From positions 800,001-864,000 of the forward strand of contig OY762007.1 of NCBI GenBank assembly GCA_963665115.1: DNA of 64,000 nucleotides. Direction: 5' to 3'. The stretch comes from an uncultured Rivularia sp. Lineage in GTDB: Bacteria > Cyanobacteriota > Cyanobacteriia > Cyanobacteriales > Nostocaceae. Positions 25,612 through 35,930 of this stretch are shown in pieces. The stretch's first letter is position 1. Each line of letters begins with the position of its first letter. The position numbers were made by a program, and so were the translations under genes. The notes beneath the pieces are model-generated. The model saw only the letters and a list, made by a program, of their open reading frames with translations. It was not told where the DNA came from and did no database searches.

Positions 25612-26064
25612 TGTTAAGTTATCTTTGTGTCGTGATTTGTGCGTTCAGCTCCCTCGAAAAACGTTCGCCGATCGCACAGAAGAAAAGTCTATCTCTTTTC
25701 CCATTAATAATTTAACAAGGTATCAACAGTTAATAAACTTCCAACAAGCCCAAAAGTACAAAATACAAAATATCTGTCATCTACGAGTTCAAGAAGAAAA
25801 CTTATATCTATCTGCAAAGTGATAAATCTTGCTATGTATTACTTTTTACTAAAAGTCTGCAACATTTTCATCTTTAAACCATAAAATAGAAATAAATCTA
25901 CTTTTCGGTCAAAATTTAACAATCGCCATCGATATTTATCTTCTCCGAACGGGAAATAAAAAATAGAACTATTCTTTGTCAAAGCATTAAAATAAAATCA
26001 ATATAAATTTTAGTTGTCGGACAAATTATAGTAAAAATCAAAACTCATTTAAACGGGTATTATA

Positions 26065-26262
26065 ATGTTAGTAATTTTAATAAAAGAGCAGCTTATTGCC
26101 CCTCAAAACGTTTGCAAATCTTGCGTTCTTGCCGACAAAAGCGGTAAACCACGCTGGTATGATGGTAAATTGGGCTGCGGACGGGCTGCAAACAAAATTA
26201 CTGAAAAACAACCAAATTGGCATGAATGTATAATGGGCTTCCGCATTGCCAATATAGAATAG
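26065..26262 (+). CDS. Small Cys-containing hypothetical protein (cyanobacterial type)
   Basis: 65 aa, CxxC plus two more Cys, co-oriented upstream of the Tic20 gene. Confidence 0.65.
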   Translation: MLVILIKEQLIAPQNVCKSCVLADKSGKPRWYDGKLGCGRAANKITEKQPNWHECIMGFRIANIE

Positions 26263-26343
26263 TGCAATAAAGACGAAGACCCGCGTTTCTGCGTTATCCT
26301 AGGTTCATGCAAACGGTGTAATTGAAACATAGGAGAACGCAGA

Positions 26344-26820
26344 ATGGCTTGGCGCGGTTCTACAACTGTTAAAGATAGGATTTTTGCTTGCTTACCTTAT
26401 TTACTTCCCTTGGTTGAAGGAGTATCTTTTGGTAGCTATTTATTATCGCAGTTTCCACCCTTGGGAGTAATTTTGATTCCACTTTTACCTGTCTTAGCAA
26501 TTTATAATGGCGTACCTTTTGCTGGGTTAATCATTTTCTTTGCTCTATTTATGTTGGTAGTACGGAATGAGAAAATCCCTCATCTTATTCGCTTCAATAC
26601 AATGCAGGCTATTCTTTTAAGTATTGTTTTGTCTCTATGCGGTCTTCTGATACGTGCTTTAAGCCCAGTACCGGGTGCTAATTTTGCTATAGAAACCTTG
26701 TTTAATACTATTTTTATCGGTTTACTCGTAGCCGTTGTATATTCTGTTGCTCAAACGATCATGGGTCGTTACGCAGAAATTCCCGCAATTTCTGATGCGG
26801 TTCATATGCAGGTTCGTTAA
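26344..26820 (+). CDS. Tic20/Ycf60 family membrane protein
   Basis: DRIFACLPYLLP, VVRN..IRFNTMQAIL, YAEIPAISDAV; AGGAG RBS. Confidence 0.9.
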   Translation: MAWRGSTTVKDRIFACLPYLLPLVEGVSFGSYLLSQFPPLGVILIPLLPVLAIYNGVPFAGLIIFFALFMLVVRNEKIPHLIRFNTMQAILLSIVLSLCGLLIRALSPVPGANFAIETLFNTIFIGLLVAVVYSVAQTIMGRYAEIPAISDAVHMQVR

Positions 26821-26873
26821 GACAGTACGTGAAGTCAATGTGCGCTGTTGGTATCGCGTTCGCTGTCTATTTT

Positions 26874-27651
26874 TTATTTACTAGCTACCACAGTATTTTC
26901 TAAGCGGCCGATACCTTCTATTTCAACACGAACGCGATCGCCACAATTTAATGGACCGACTCCCAAAGGTGTACCTGTTAGTATTACATCTCCCGGTAGT
27001 AGTGTCATTACTTGACTAATGTAAGACACTACAGTCTCCGGAGAAAACACCATTTGGTCGATGCAGGCAGATTGAACGGGAGTTGGATCATCATTCAAAA
27101 AAGTTTGCAATCTAGCACCAGGACTTACTTCTCTAACAATCCACGGCCCCTAAAGGACAAAAAGTATCGAAACCTTTAGCACGAGTCCATTGTCCATCGC
27201 GTTTCTGCAAATCTCTTGCTGTCACATCATTAGCAATGGTATAACCCCAGATTTTAGTTTCAGCAGACTTTGGAGTACATTTAGTTGCCGAATCGCCAAT
27301 AATCAGCGCTAATTCTCCTTCATAATCTACCCGCTGTGTAACTTGCGGATATTGAATTTCTGCCTCTGAAGGAATAACGCAAGTAGGCGGTTTGAGAAAA
27401 ATCAGAGGTTCTTCTGGTACTTTTGTACCCATTTCAGCAGCATGATCGGCATAATTTTTGCCCACTGCAATAATTTTAGAAGGAAAACAAGGAGCTAAAA
27501 TTAGGTAGCTATCTGGTTGTAATATTAAATCCGTGGGCTGACCTTGCAACCAAGGGGGAGCATCAAGAACTTGGACGTTAAGATCCAGATGCAGCAAACC
27601 GTAGTAGATTATCCCTTCAGAATTTTGAACTCGCACATACCGTTGCGCCAT
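26874..27651 (-). CDS. Fumarylacetoacetate hydrolase family protein (split by +1 G near 27148)
   Basis: GKNYADH, DYEGEL, NDVTARD, KGFDTFCPLG[PW], GDVILTGTP. Confidence 0.9.
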
Positions 27652-28001
27652 AATAGTAGATTACTTCCTTTTGATTGTTTACCCAAAAATTTAGTATTTA
27701 TAACACGAGCAAGGCTTAGATAGTTCAGCCAATCTCCCGCGTCTTTGTCTAAAATTTAATTCGATAAATCGATAGCATAAGTCAATCGTTCATTACAGAT
27801 ATTTTGAGATAAAGAAATTACATTACCAGACCGAGGGTACAAACTTCTCTTTTATAAATCGGGCATAGGAAAGTATTCCTATGAAGCGTGTCCGGAAACT
27901 CTTAGTTTGGATAAAAGAAGGCTTCTCAGAAAAGCAACTACGGTCACAAAGCAGATTTTTAAAGTTTCGTCAATAAAAATCAAAAACTGGTAAGATTATA
28001 A

Positions 28002-28101
28002 TTCCTTGCTGCTCAAAATGTTTGCTTACTTACCTGAGTATCGCAATCCGTTGCTTGCTCTGCGAGGTTTTTTACATTGGCAGCCAAACGTCCAAAAGGA
28101 G
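28002..28101 (+). promoter_or_regulatory. rpsF leader RNA (S6:S18-binding type), preceded by extended -10 TGGTAAGAT (27988-27996)
   Basis: TCCTT/AAGGA stem sequesters the SD; GCTGCT/GGCAGC stem; CCA (CCR) motif on the 3' side. Confidence 0.7.
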
Positions 28102-28111
28102 ATTAAAACCT

Positions 28112-28459
28112 ATGGCTACAAATTACGAGACGATGTACATTTTGCGCCCTGACTTGATAGACGAGCAAGTTGAGCAAAATATTTCTAAGTACGAAAATTT
28201 AATTAAGGAAAACGGTGCTGAAAGCGTTGAAATTCAAAATCGCGGCAAGCGTCGTTTAGCTTATGAGATTAACAAACATCGGGATGGAGTTTATGTTCAG
28301 ATGAACTACACTGCTGTTGGTAGCACTATTGCTCCGATGGAACGTGCTATGCGCTTAAGCGAAGAAGTAATTCGTTATTTGACTATCAAGCAGGATTTAG
28401 CAGAACAAGAGACAGCAGATGAGGAAACATCGGCAGCATCAATAGCTCAAGAAAGATAA
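28112..28459 (+). CDS. rpsF: 30S ribosomal protein S6
   Basis: [34 protein letters not shown] places the start at 28112. Confidence 0.98.
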   Translation: MATNYETMYILRPDLIDEQVEQNISKYENLIKENGAESVEIQNRGKRRLAYEINKHRDGVYVQMNYTAVGSTIAPMERAMRLSEEVIRYLTIKQDLAEQETADEETSAASIAQER

Positions 28460-28754
28460 TATTCTTCTTTCCATGAGGGAAGATTTATATTAAATGAAAG
28501 GTAAGTTATCTCTTCATGTGCGACAATCGATCGGGTTTTTTGCAATTAAGTAAAATTAGAAATTATATTTTATGTACAAAAACCCGGTTTCTTTAGGCTT
28601 CGGCCAGAATAATTGCGTTAATAAAATTTAATCTTTAAAAAAAGTAAAAAAAATATACGTCTTTGCCCCTTGCCATTACAGCTAGGAATGTTACATTAAC
28701 AGTTACTTACCTCTAAGCGTGGAAAAGATTCCGTCCAGTAAATTGTAAGACACT

Positions 28755-29315
28755 GTGAGCCAAACAGATAACTCCACCATTCAAGCTCTCTCTACTGAAG
28801 TCTCTAAGTTGCGTCAAGAATTGCAGCTTCGCGATCAATTAGTGCAGCAGTTATCTCAAGAACTGTTCAGACTGGTAAAGGGTAATACCGATTTTATGCC
28901 CCAGCCAGAAGTTTCCGAACGTCATTCTATTGAGTTAAATGCTTTACGAGAACAATTGCAAGCAGTAGAAGAACAGGTAGGTTTTTACCAAGAGCAAATT
29001 AGCACTCGCGATAGCGAAATTTATCAATTGCGTCAGTCGGTTCAGGAACTAACTGACCGCTCTAGAATGTTAGAGCAAGTAGTGCAAGAACTACCTCAAA
29101 TTTACCGTCAAAAGTTCGAGGAGCGCATGGAGCCGGTAAGAGAAAAGGTAGCATTACTACAACAAGAAAACCGTCAACTGCAAGCGGAATTGCAAAGCGT
29201 AAGTTATCGCTTAGCCCTAAAATCTCGCACGGCTTCCCATAGCGGTATCGACTTGCCTTCATTTCCTCGGCCTACTAATCCACCAGGCAACGTTTCGACG
29301 GTGCCAAATGCTTAG
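28755..29315 (+). CDS. Coiled-coil cyanobacterial conserved protein (resembles Npun_F5560 family)
   Basis: Long heptad pattern, RDQLVQQLSQELFRLVKGN; family name is from recall only. Confidence 0.7.
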   Translation: MSQTDNSTIQALSTEVSKLRQELQLRDQLVQQLSQELFRLVKGNTDFMPQPEVSERHSIELNALREQLQAVEEQVGFYQEQISTRDSEIYQLRQSVQELTDRSRMLEQVVQELPQIYRQKFEERMEPVREKVALLQQENRQLQAELQSVSYRLALKSRTASHSGIDLPSFPRPTNPPGNVSTVPNA

Positions 29316-29424
29316 TTAAAATGCTTTGCTCCCATGCAATTTATAATACGAGGAAGGTTTAGATAGTTTGTTGTCTGACCGGGATGATTCCTGCATCATC
29401 TTTTCTTATAATCCAAAATCTAAA

Positions 29425-29671
29425 ATATAGCCGTTCCTTGAAGCGGTTTGGTCAAAATAATTCATCATTAACTGTATTTAAGTAAAAAGCTTATGGTCGT
29501 ATCTAGTGTTAAAGATATAGATTGAAAGCTTGTTACCCTTATTACACCGAGATAATTAGATTTTTGATTGGATATTAAGGATTAATGCTGTTTCTTATCG
29601 CAGAACCGGCGTTCCCTATTTCCTGCTCCCTTTTTTTAAACAGTTTAGTAACTCTAACAAGTACAGCTATA
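29425..29671. mobile_element. Possible degenerate MITE with TATAGCnGT termini
   Basis: TATAGCCGT...ACAGCTATA imperfect terminal inverted repeats; similar short pair at 24269-24317. Confidence 0.35.
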
Positions 29672-29819
29672 GCCAAAAAAAGAATTAGATATTAAACCCT
29701 CTTAAAATAAAAGAACATTAAGAAAAGTGTAAGAAAGTGAAGAATTACTCAGGAAAAATGATACAAACTGAGAAGTCCCAGTTTTACTTCTCCAAGTAAA
29801 TTCTTCGATTACTTACATA

Positions 29820-30082
29820 TGCGACGTACCTTCACCGCTCTGACGAATCGGTGCAAGTCTCTCGGCGAATCCTCCATGAGAACATTTACCGTTAGCGTAG
29901 CGTCTCCGGAGGAGATGCTTTGAAGCCCTACGCCCCAGGGACTTTTACAAAAAAAAATTTTTGCAGGCTGCATTTAATTGAATTACACCTACATCCGCAG
30001 ATTTTACCATAAATTCGGTTAGCAATTCATCCCGACACCTCCCTTACGGGTAGGTGTGGGACTTCCTACGATTGAAAGTTAA
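29820..30082 (-). mobile_element. Non-autonomous IS200/IS605-type element (PATE-like) with left- and right-end hairpins
   Basis: Left-end-like GAAGTCCCACACCT..AGGTGTCGGGATGAATTG; right-end-like hairpin ending GGTACGTC; no ORF. Confidence 0.6.
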
Positions 30083-30300
30083 AAATAGCTAAAGTAACTT
30101 AACGACGCTCGCAAGCCAACTGCTGAGCATATTTGGCTTAAAGATATCGTGAAGAAAATATGGCGGTTGATAGAGATTCGTAGAATATGCCAGCCCAAAC
30201 TTCTAACACAAAAGTTGAGTTTGGCTTCGTTATTAAATAACTTGCTGCAATCAAAGATGACTTTAACACCTTTAGATATCAAGTTAATCGAAATGAAAAT

Positions 30301-30654
30301 TTAGCCAGCTACCGCCAAATCTTTGTATTCTAAGACACTTAGAGCGTCTTCATAAGTATTGAAAATTTCAAAAACAGAATCTAGGTGAGTAAGTTCCAGA
30401 ACCAACCGAACTGAAGCCGTTACATTGCAAATTACTAAACGACAATTATATTGACGTGCTGTTTTAAGTCCTTTAACTAAGCTGACTAAACCAGAACTGT
30501 CCATGAAATCAACCAATCGTAAGTCTACAACCCACAGTTGTTCTGAAGCAGGTGCTACCGAAGCAATCTGTTCGCTCAAAGCATTCCCACCCTGCAAGTC
30601 CATGCGGCCTTCGGGGTTAAACAAAGTAACTTGACGTTCGAATGTGAAAGTCAT
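30301..30654 (-). CDS. STAS domain anti-sigma-factor antagonist
   Basis: GRMD, VDFMDSSGL phosphoacceptor motif, VRLVLELT; start placed at MTFTF. Confidence 0.9.
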   Translation of the reverse strand: MTFTFERQVTLFNPEGRMDLQGGNALSEQIASVAPASEQLWVVDLRLVDFMDSSGLVSLVKGLKTARQYNCRLVICNVTASVRLVLELTHLDSVFEIFNTYEDALSVLEYKDLAVAG

Positions 30655-31270
30655 AAATTTAACTACTGGATAGTTGAAATACTTAAGAAAAAACAAAAAC
30701 AGACACAAATACGACTTTCTCTCTCAACTAGAAACCTACCGCTTTTACCTGCATATTAGATCGGGTATTTGGGCAGTATAATTGAGACAAAATCAGTCGG
30801 TATTTATGCCGTATCATTTGTCCAAACAATTTTCAGTATAGGCATAAGCGATTTGCTTTTTCCGTAGCAACCGCTTCTTTTACCAAATTTTTATAATTCT
30901 CTCAGAGTTTTATGAATTTTTGATAAAATTTTTGTTATGGATGCTGGGAATTGTAAGGTTGTGGTAAATGAAGATCCAAAATATTAGTTTTATTTAATAC
31001 AGCGAAAAAATAATATTTGATACGTTTTCTTTAGTGAAACCATCTTATCAGCAGTGTTAAGGCTGAAATGCACTACGAAGATTCAATGTTATTATAACCG
31101 ACATAAAAAGTATTAATAGTTACTATGTATATGTTTTAAATGCTTTTTAGATAAAGTCCGGATTGGGATAGATACTGCATAAGGTGAATAACCGTTGATT
31201 TTATTGACACCTTAAGTAAAAAAGAGTCAATATGTAGAAATGTAAAATTATATAAATAGGTTTAAGCTGG

Positions 31271-31903
31271 ATGTCTCTCGATTTCATATCACTGGAGAAT
31301 ATTCAGGAAATTGCTCATCAATACGGCTATTGGGCAATTTTTGTAGGAATTTTATTAGAAAACTTAGGCATTCCGCTTCCAGGTGAAACTGTGACTTTGG
31401 TAGGCGGCTTTTTAGCTGGTAACAACGAACTCAATTACTGGTTGGTTGTAGCAGATGCGGCAGCAGGTGCTGCTATTGGCGGAACTTGCGGCTATTGGAT
31501 TGGTAGAATCGGTGGTTGGCCATTGCTAATGCGTCTGGCAAATTTATTGAGAATTTCTGAAGTAAAAGTTCTTGGCATAAAAGAAAAATTTAGCGAAAAC
31601 GCTGCTAAAGCCGTATTCTTTGGCAGATTTTTTGCTTTATTAAGAATTTTCGCGGCTCCATTAGCCGGTATAGCTGAAATGCCTTTTGCGAAATTCTTGT
31701 TATACAACCTTTTAGGTGCTGGTGCTTGGGCTGGCGCAATGGTTTCATTGGCTTTCTTTGCTGGCAAAGTAGTATCTTTGGAACAAATGGTGCAATGGGT
31801 AGGTCAGTTTGCGATTTTCGCATTGCTAATTCTTGTTGCCGTAATCGCTATACCTTTATGGTTGGAGTCGCGGCAGGTTAAGGAAATAACAACTGAGGAA
31901 TAG
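31271..31903 (+). CDS. DedA family membrane protein
   Basis: LENLGIPLPGE, GYWIGR, FFGRF..LRI..AG. Confidence 0.93.
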   Translation: MSLDFISLENIQEIAHQYGYWAIFVGILLENLGIPLPGETVTLVGGFLAGNNELNYWLVVADAAAGAAIGGTCGYWIGRIGGWPLLMRLANLLRISEVKVLGIKEKFSENAAKAVFFGRFFALLRIFAAPLAGIAEMPFAKFLLYNLLGAGAWAGAMVSLAFFAGKVVSLEQMVQWVGQFAIFALLILVAVIAIPLWLESRQVKEITTEE

Positions 31904-32003
31904 GGGATTGGGGATTGGGAATTCTTAGCTCCTAACTCCTAACTCCTAACTCCCTACTCCTAACTCCCTACTCCCTACTCCCTAGTCCCTACTCCCTACT
32001 CCC
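31903..32003. repeat. STRR heptamer tandem repeats (CCTAACT/CCCTACT)n
   Basis: About ten heptamer units between convergent dedA and argG. Confidence 0.9.
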
Positions 32004-32017
32004 TTAATAATTATGAA

Positions 32018-33215
32018 TTATTTCTGCTGGGGCCCAAATGCGAGTAGGCATTCCCCAAATGTAAATAAATCCTTCAGCAGCTTTGTGATCGAATTTATCT
32101 TCTGAACCGTAGGTTGCCATCTCAGGATTATAGAGGGAACTATCTGAATGACGACCAACAACGATCGCATTGCCTTTAAAAAGTTTCATTCGCACGGTTC
32201 CAGAAACTCGTTCTTGTGTCTTTTGAATAAAGGCATCAAGTGCTGCTTTGAGCGGACTAAACCATAAGCCGTTGTAAATTAGTTGGCTGTAAGTTTCTTC
32301 GATACCGCGCTTGTAGTGGCTGACATCCGCCGTCAAAGTCAAACTTTCCAAATCGCGATGTGCTTGAATTAAAGCCACCATTGCCGGAGACTCGTAGATT
32401 TCTCGCGATTTGATGCCTACCAAACGGTTTTCGATCATGTCGATGCGTCCTACACCGTGATTTCCTACCAGTTGGTTGAGTTGAGCAATCAGTTCAATTG
32501 GGTTTTTGGATTCACCATTGAGAGTCGCCGGAATACCTTTAACAAAACCGATTTCGACGTACTCTGGTTGATCGGGAGTATCGGCGATCGCCTTTGTCAT
32601 CTCATAGATTTCTTCTGGGGGTTCGTATGATGGATCTTCTAAAGGACCAGCTTCAATACTCCTACCGAGAAGGTTTTTGTCAATACTGTAAGGGGAAGAT
32701 TTTTTAACTGGTGAGGGAATACCAAAACTTTCCCCGTAAGCAATAGTTTCTTCCCGACTCATGCCCCATTCCCTTGCTGGTGCTAGTATTTTTAGATTGG
32801 GGTTCATAGCCGCAACAGCTACGTCGAAACGAACTTGGTCGTTACCTTTTCCAGTACAACCGTGTGCGATCGCATCGGCTTCGTATTTTTGGGCTGCTTC
32901 TACCAATGCTTTGGCAATTAATGGACGTGCAAGAGCAGTTGCCAGAGGATAACGATTTTCGTAGATAGCGTTAGCTTGAATGGCAGGGAAAGCATAATCT
33001 TTAATAAAGCTTTCTTGGACATTCACCACTAGCGATTCACTTGCACCAGACTTGAGAGCTTTCTCACGAACTGGCTCTAATTCCTCACCTTGACCTAAAT
33101 CTGCTGCGAGAGTAATTACTTCTTCTACTCCCCACTCTTGTTTGAGGTAGGGGATACACACTGATGTATCTACTCCACCAGAATATGCTAAGACAACCTT
33201 TTTAGCGCGACCCAT
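32018..33215 (-). CDS. argG: Argininosuccinate synthase (probable +1 error near 32030 alters the last codons)
   Basis: [34 protein letters not shown]. Confidence 0.98.
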
Positions 33216-33892
33216 TGATTATTTCTCGATGCTGTAGAACGACGAATGTCTATTATCTAATTAATTTAGGTATATTCTCCTCAGTATTTATACTAATTCA
33301 GTATTTTCTACAGACTGTATAGACACTTGCCTAAGTATGAGTGTAACTAAAAAACTCAGGATAAATGCAGAGGTTAACACTCTGAGATAGAAGTATAAAA
33401 GCTAAAACTGATGACTTTTTTATTTTGAGCAAGAAATGATGTAGCTGATTTTGAAGTTAAAACTAGAGCCTAACTTACTTCATTCGATAAATTTTTTAAG
33501 TATTTACACTATATATTTGTAAAATTTTTGTAATTTTTTATTTTTAATTTCTGCAAAAATTACTAAATATTTATATTCAGTGCAGTATTTTTATTCATAA
33601 TTATAAATAAGCGGAAGTCGCTACTATCTTAATCTAGTACTTCTTCTCAATGTAAAAAGTAACGGTAAAAAAAAATTTATAAATATAAAATTATAATGGC
33701 TAATAATTCGATTGGCAACGAATTAGTCCGCGCGATTAATTGAAGTATTTTTAGATAATTTTTATCAAACTTTAGTAATTTCATGCTCTTCATTCCAAAT
33801 CAATATAGGATGAATTTATATTAAATAAGATATTCTCCTAAAACTTATACAGAAGCGAAAATTATTGTGTTATCAATCTAAGATTTATTATT

Positions 33893-34666
33893 ATGCATTC
33901 AAAACTTAAATGGCTGATTCCAGTAGCTTTTACCTGTGTTGCTTTTGGGTCAAATATCCAAAGTGCAAAAGCGCAAACAAGTGTAAATAAAGAATTCGAG
34001 ATTACATACGATACGTTATTTACATTAAGACCAATTGAAGAGCAACCGGGATTTTTTACTGCTCAGATTTCAGGAATTTCTCAAGAAAGTAATACTGCTT
34101 TCGGATTAACTAATTTTGAAAGTAATGCTTTCGGAAAATTGGTATCCCAAGAAACTATTACCGACGAGAACGGAAATATAGTACCAGTAAATCAAAAATT
34201 TCAATTCAATGCGAATCCCAACGTTATAGGTTTAGAAAATCCACTGCAATCTGTTATAGATCGGCGTATTGAATTAGGAGTAGTAAACCCACAAGCAAAT
34301 TCCGATATATATTTTGGTGACACCGCTAATAAGTTATTTGGACAAGCAGCCGATGAGGCTGAAATTAACTTCTTTCCTCCAGGTACTCCAAACTTTCCAG
34401 GTACAGTAAGCGGTGGGGGTATTATAAATATTACTGGAGGAACGGGTGTATTTAAAAACGCCAGCGGTGAAATAACTTTCGAGCAGAGCGATCGCCTTCC
34501 ATTAGATCAAAATGCTCCCGCTCCCGGTGTAGCAACATTGAAATTCAACATACAAACACCAAAATCGGTACCAGAGTCTACAAGTGCTTTTGGGTTATCT
34601 GCGGGAGTATTTGGTGCTGGTTTAATTTTGCGTCGCAATCGTCGTAAAGCTGCTTTGAAGCGATAA
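33893..34666 (+). CDS. PEP-CTERM-type exosortase substrate
   Basis: Signal peptide; C-terminal VPES + hydrophobic segment + RRNRRK. Confidence 0.85.
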   Translation: MHSKLKWLIPVAFTCVAFGSNIQSAKAQTSVNKEFEITYDTLFTLRPIEEQPGFFTAQISGISQESNTAFGLTNFESNAFGKLVSQETITDENGNIVPVNQKFQFNANPNVIGLENPLQSVIDRRIELGVVNPQANSDIYFGDTANKLFGQAADEAEINFFPPGTPNFPGTVSGGGIINITGGTGVFKNASGEITFEQSDRLPLDQNAPAPGVATLKFNIQTPKSVPESTSAFGLSAGVFGAGLILRRNRRKAALKR

Positions 34667-34917
34667 TACTTAAGCCCGGTTTCTATAAGCAATCAAGTTT
34701 GTAACAAGTTGCCATACACTTAGAAACCGGGTTGATAATTTCATCAGTATAAATCACTATAGACAATAGTAATAAAAATACATATGAAAATTAAATACTG
34801 TTATAAGTTTTTAATACGCAGCAATTAAATCACAATTTCCGTAATCGGAGTCAGGTAAGGAACAGCAGTATAGTTGTAGCTGTCCTATTTTAAGGGAATA
34901 GTGTTGGGGGTGAAACT

Positions 34918-35866
34918 GTGTTTTTTAGTGTTGTGATTCCGACTTACAATCGCAAACCGATTTTGGAAAAGTGTCTCAAAGCTTTAGAAGTACAGGCTTT
35001 GAGTCAGAATGCGGTGACAGATTACGAAATAGTTTTGGTAGATGATGGTTCTACCGACGGTACTTTGGAGTGGTTAGAAACACACAAAGATGATTTTCCC
35101 CATGTACGAACCTTCGAGCAAGAACATATGGGACCCTGCTGCGGCACGGAATTTGGGGGTAGAAAAAGCGAAAGGCGATACAATAATTTTTATTGATAGC
35201 GATTTAGTCGTTACAGAAGTTTTTCTCCAAGCTCATGCAGATGCGCTGACTAAAGGACAGAAAGAGTTAGGAAGTGACAGGCTTTTTACTTATGGTGCGG
35301 TAATTAATACCGCGAATTTCGAGAATCCAACTTCCGAACCGTATAAATTAACTGATTATTCTGCCGCTTTTTTTGCTACAGGAAACGTTGCCATTCCCAA
35401 GCATTGGTTGGAGAAAGCTGGACTTTTCGATACTGGTTTTCAACTTTATGGTTGGGAAGATTTGGAATTAGGAGTAAGGCTGAAAAATTTGGGTTTAAAG
35501 TTAATTAAATGTCCTGAAGCAGTAGGTTATCATTGGCATCCAGCTTTTGATTTAGAGCAAATTCCTAATTTAATTGATAAAGAAATTCAGCGGGGACGCA
35601 TGGGAGTTTTGTTTTATCAAAAGCATCCCACTTGGGATGTGCGAATGATGATTCAAATGACTTGGTTACACCGTTTACTTTGGGGTGTTCTTTCGCTGAA
35701 TGGTGCGCTAAACGAGCGGACGATGGCTCCATTCTTGCGACGATTAATTAAATCTGGAAAACCGCAGTTAGCTTTAGAAGTAGCTCGAATTTTCTTGAAT
35801 TGGTATAACGTTCAAGGTGTTTACGCTGCTTATATGGAAGCGAAAAAAGAACACAAGTTTAGTTAA
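34918..35866 (+). CDS. Glycosyltransferase family 2 (split by +1 C near 35135)
   Basis: SVVIPTYNR, VDDGSTD, [G]PAAARNLG, FIDSD, YGWEDLELG. Confidence 0.88.
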
Positions 35867-35883
35867 AGAATTAGTGGGCTATA

Positions 35884-35915
35884 TAAACCCGGTTTTTTGA
35901 AGAAATCGGGTTTAT
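35884..35915. terminator. Bidirectional terminator / AAACCCGGTTT-type palindrome
   Basis: TAAACCCGGTTT...AAATCGGGTTTA between convergent genes; related motif at 28580 and 34675-34733. Confidence 0.55.
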
Positions 35916-35930
35916 TAATTTCTATGTTAA

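Noticed and set aside
31903..32003. Tandem repeats as a possible CRISPR array (also 39833, 41177, 51027, 53662)
   Set aside because: Simple heptamer STRR tracts without spacers; no repeat-spacer array or cas gene seen in the window
34894..34902. GGGAATAGT as a SigJ-type promoter
   Set aside because: Short match only about 15 nt from the start codon; indistinguishable from chance without TSS data
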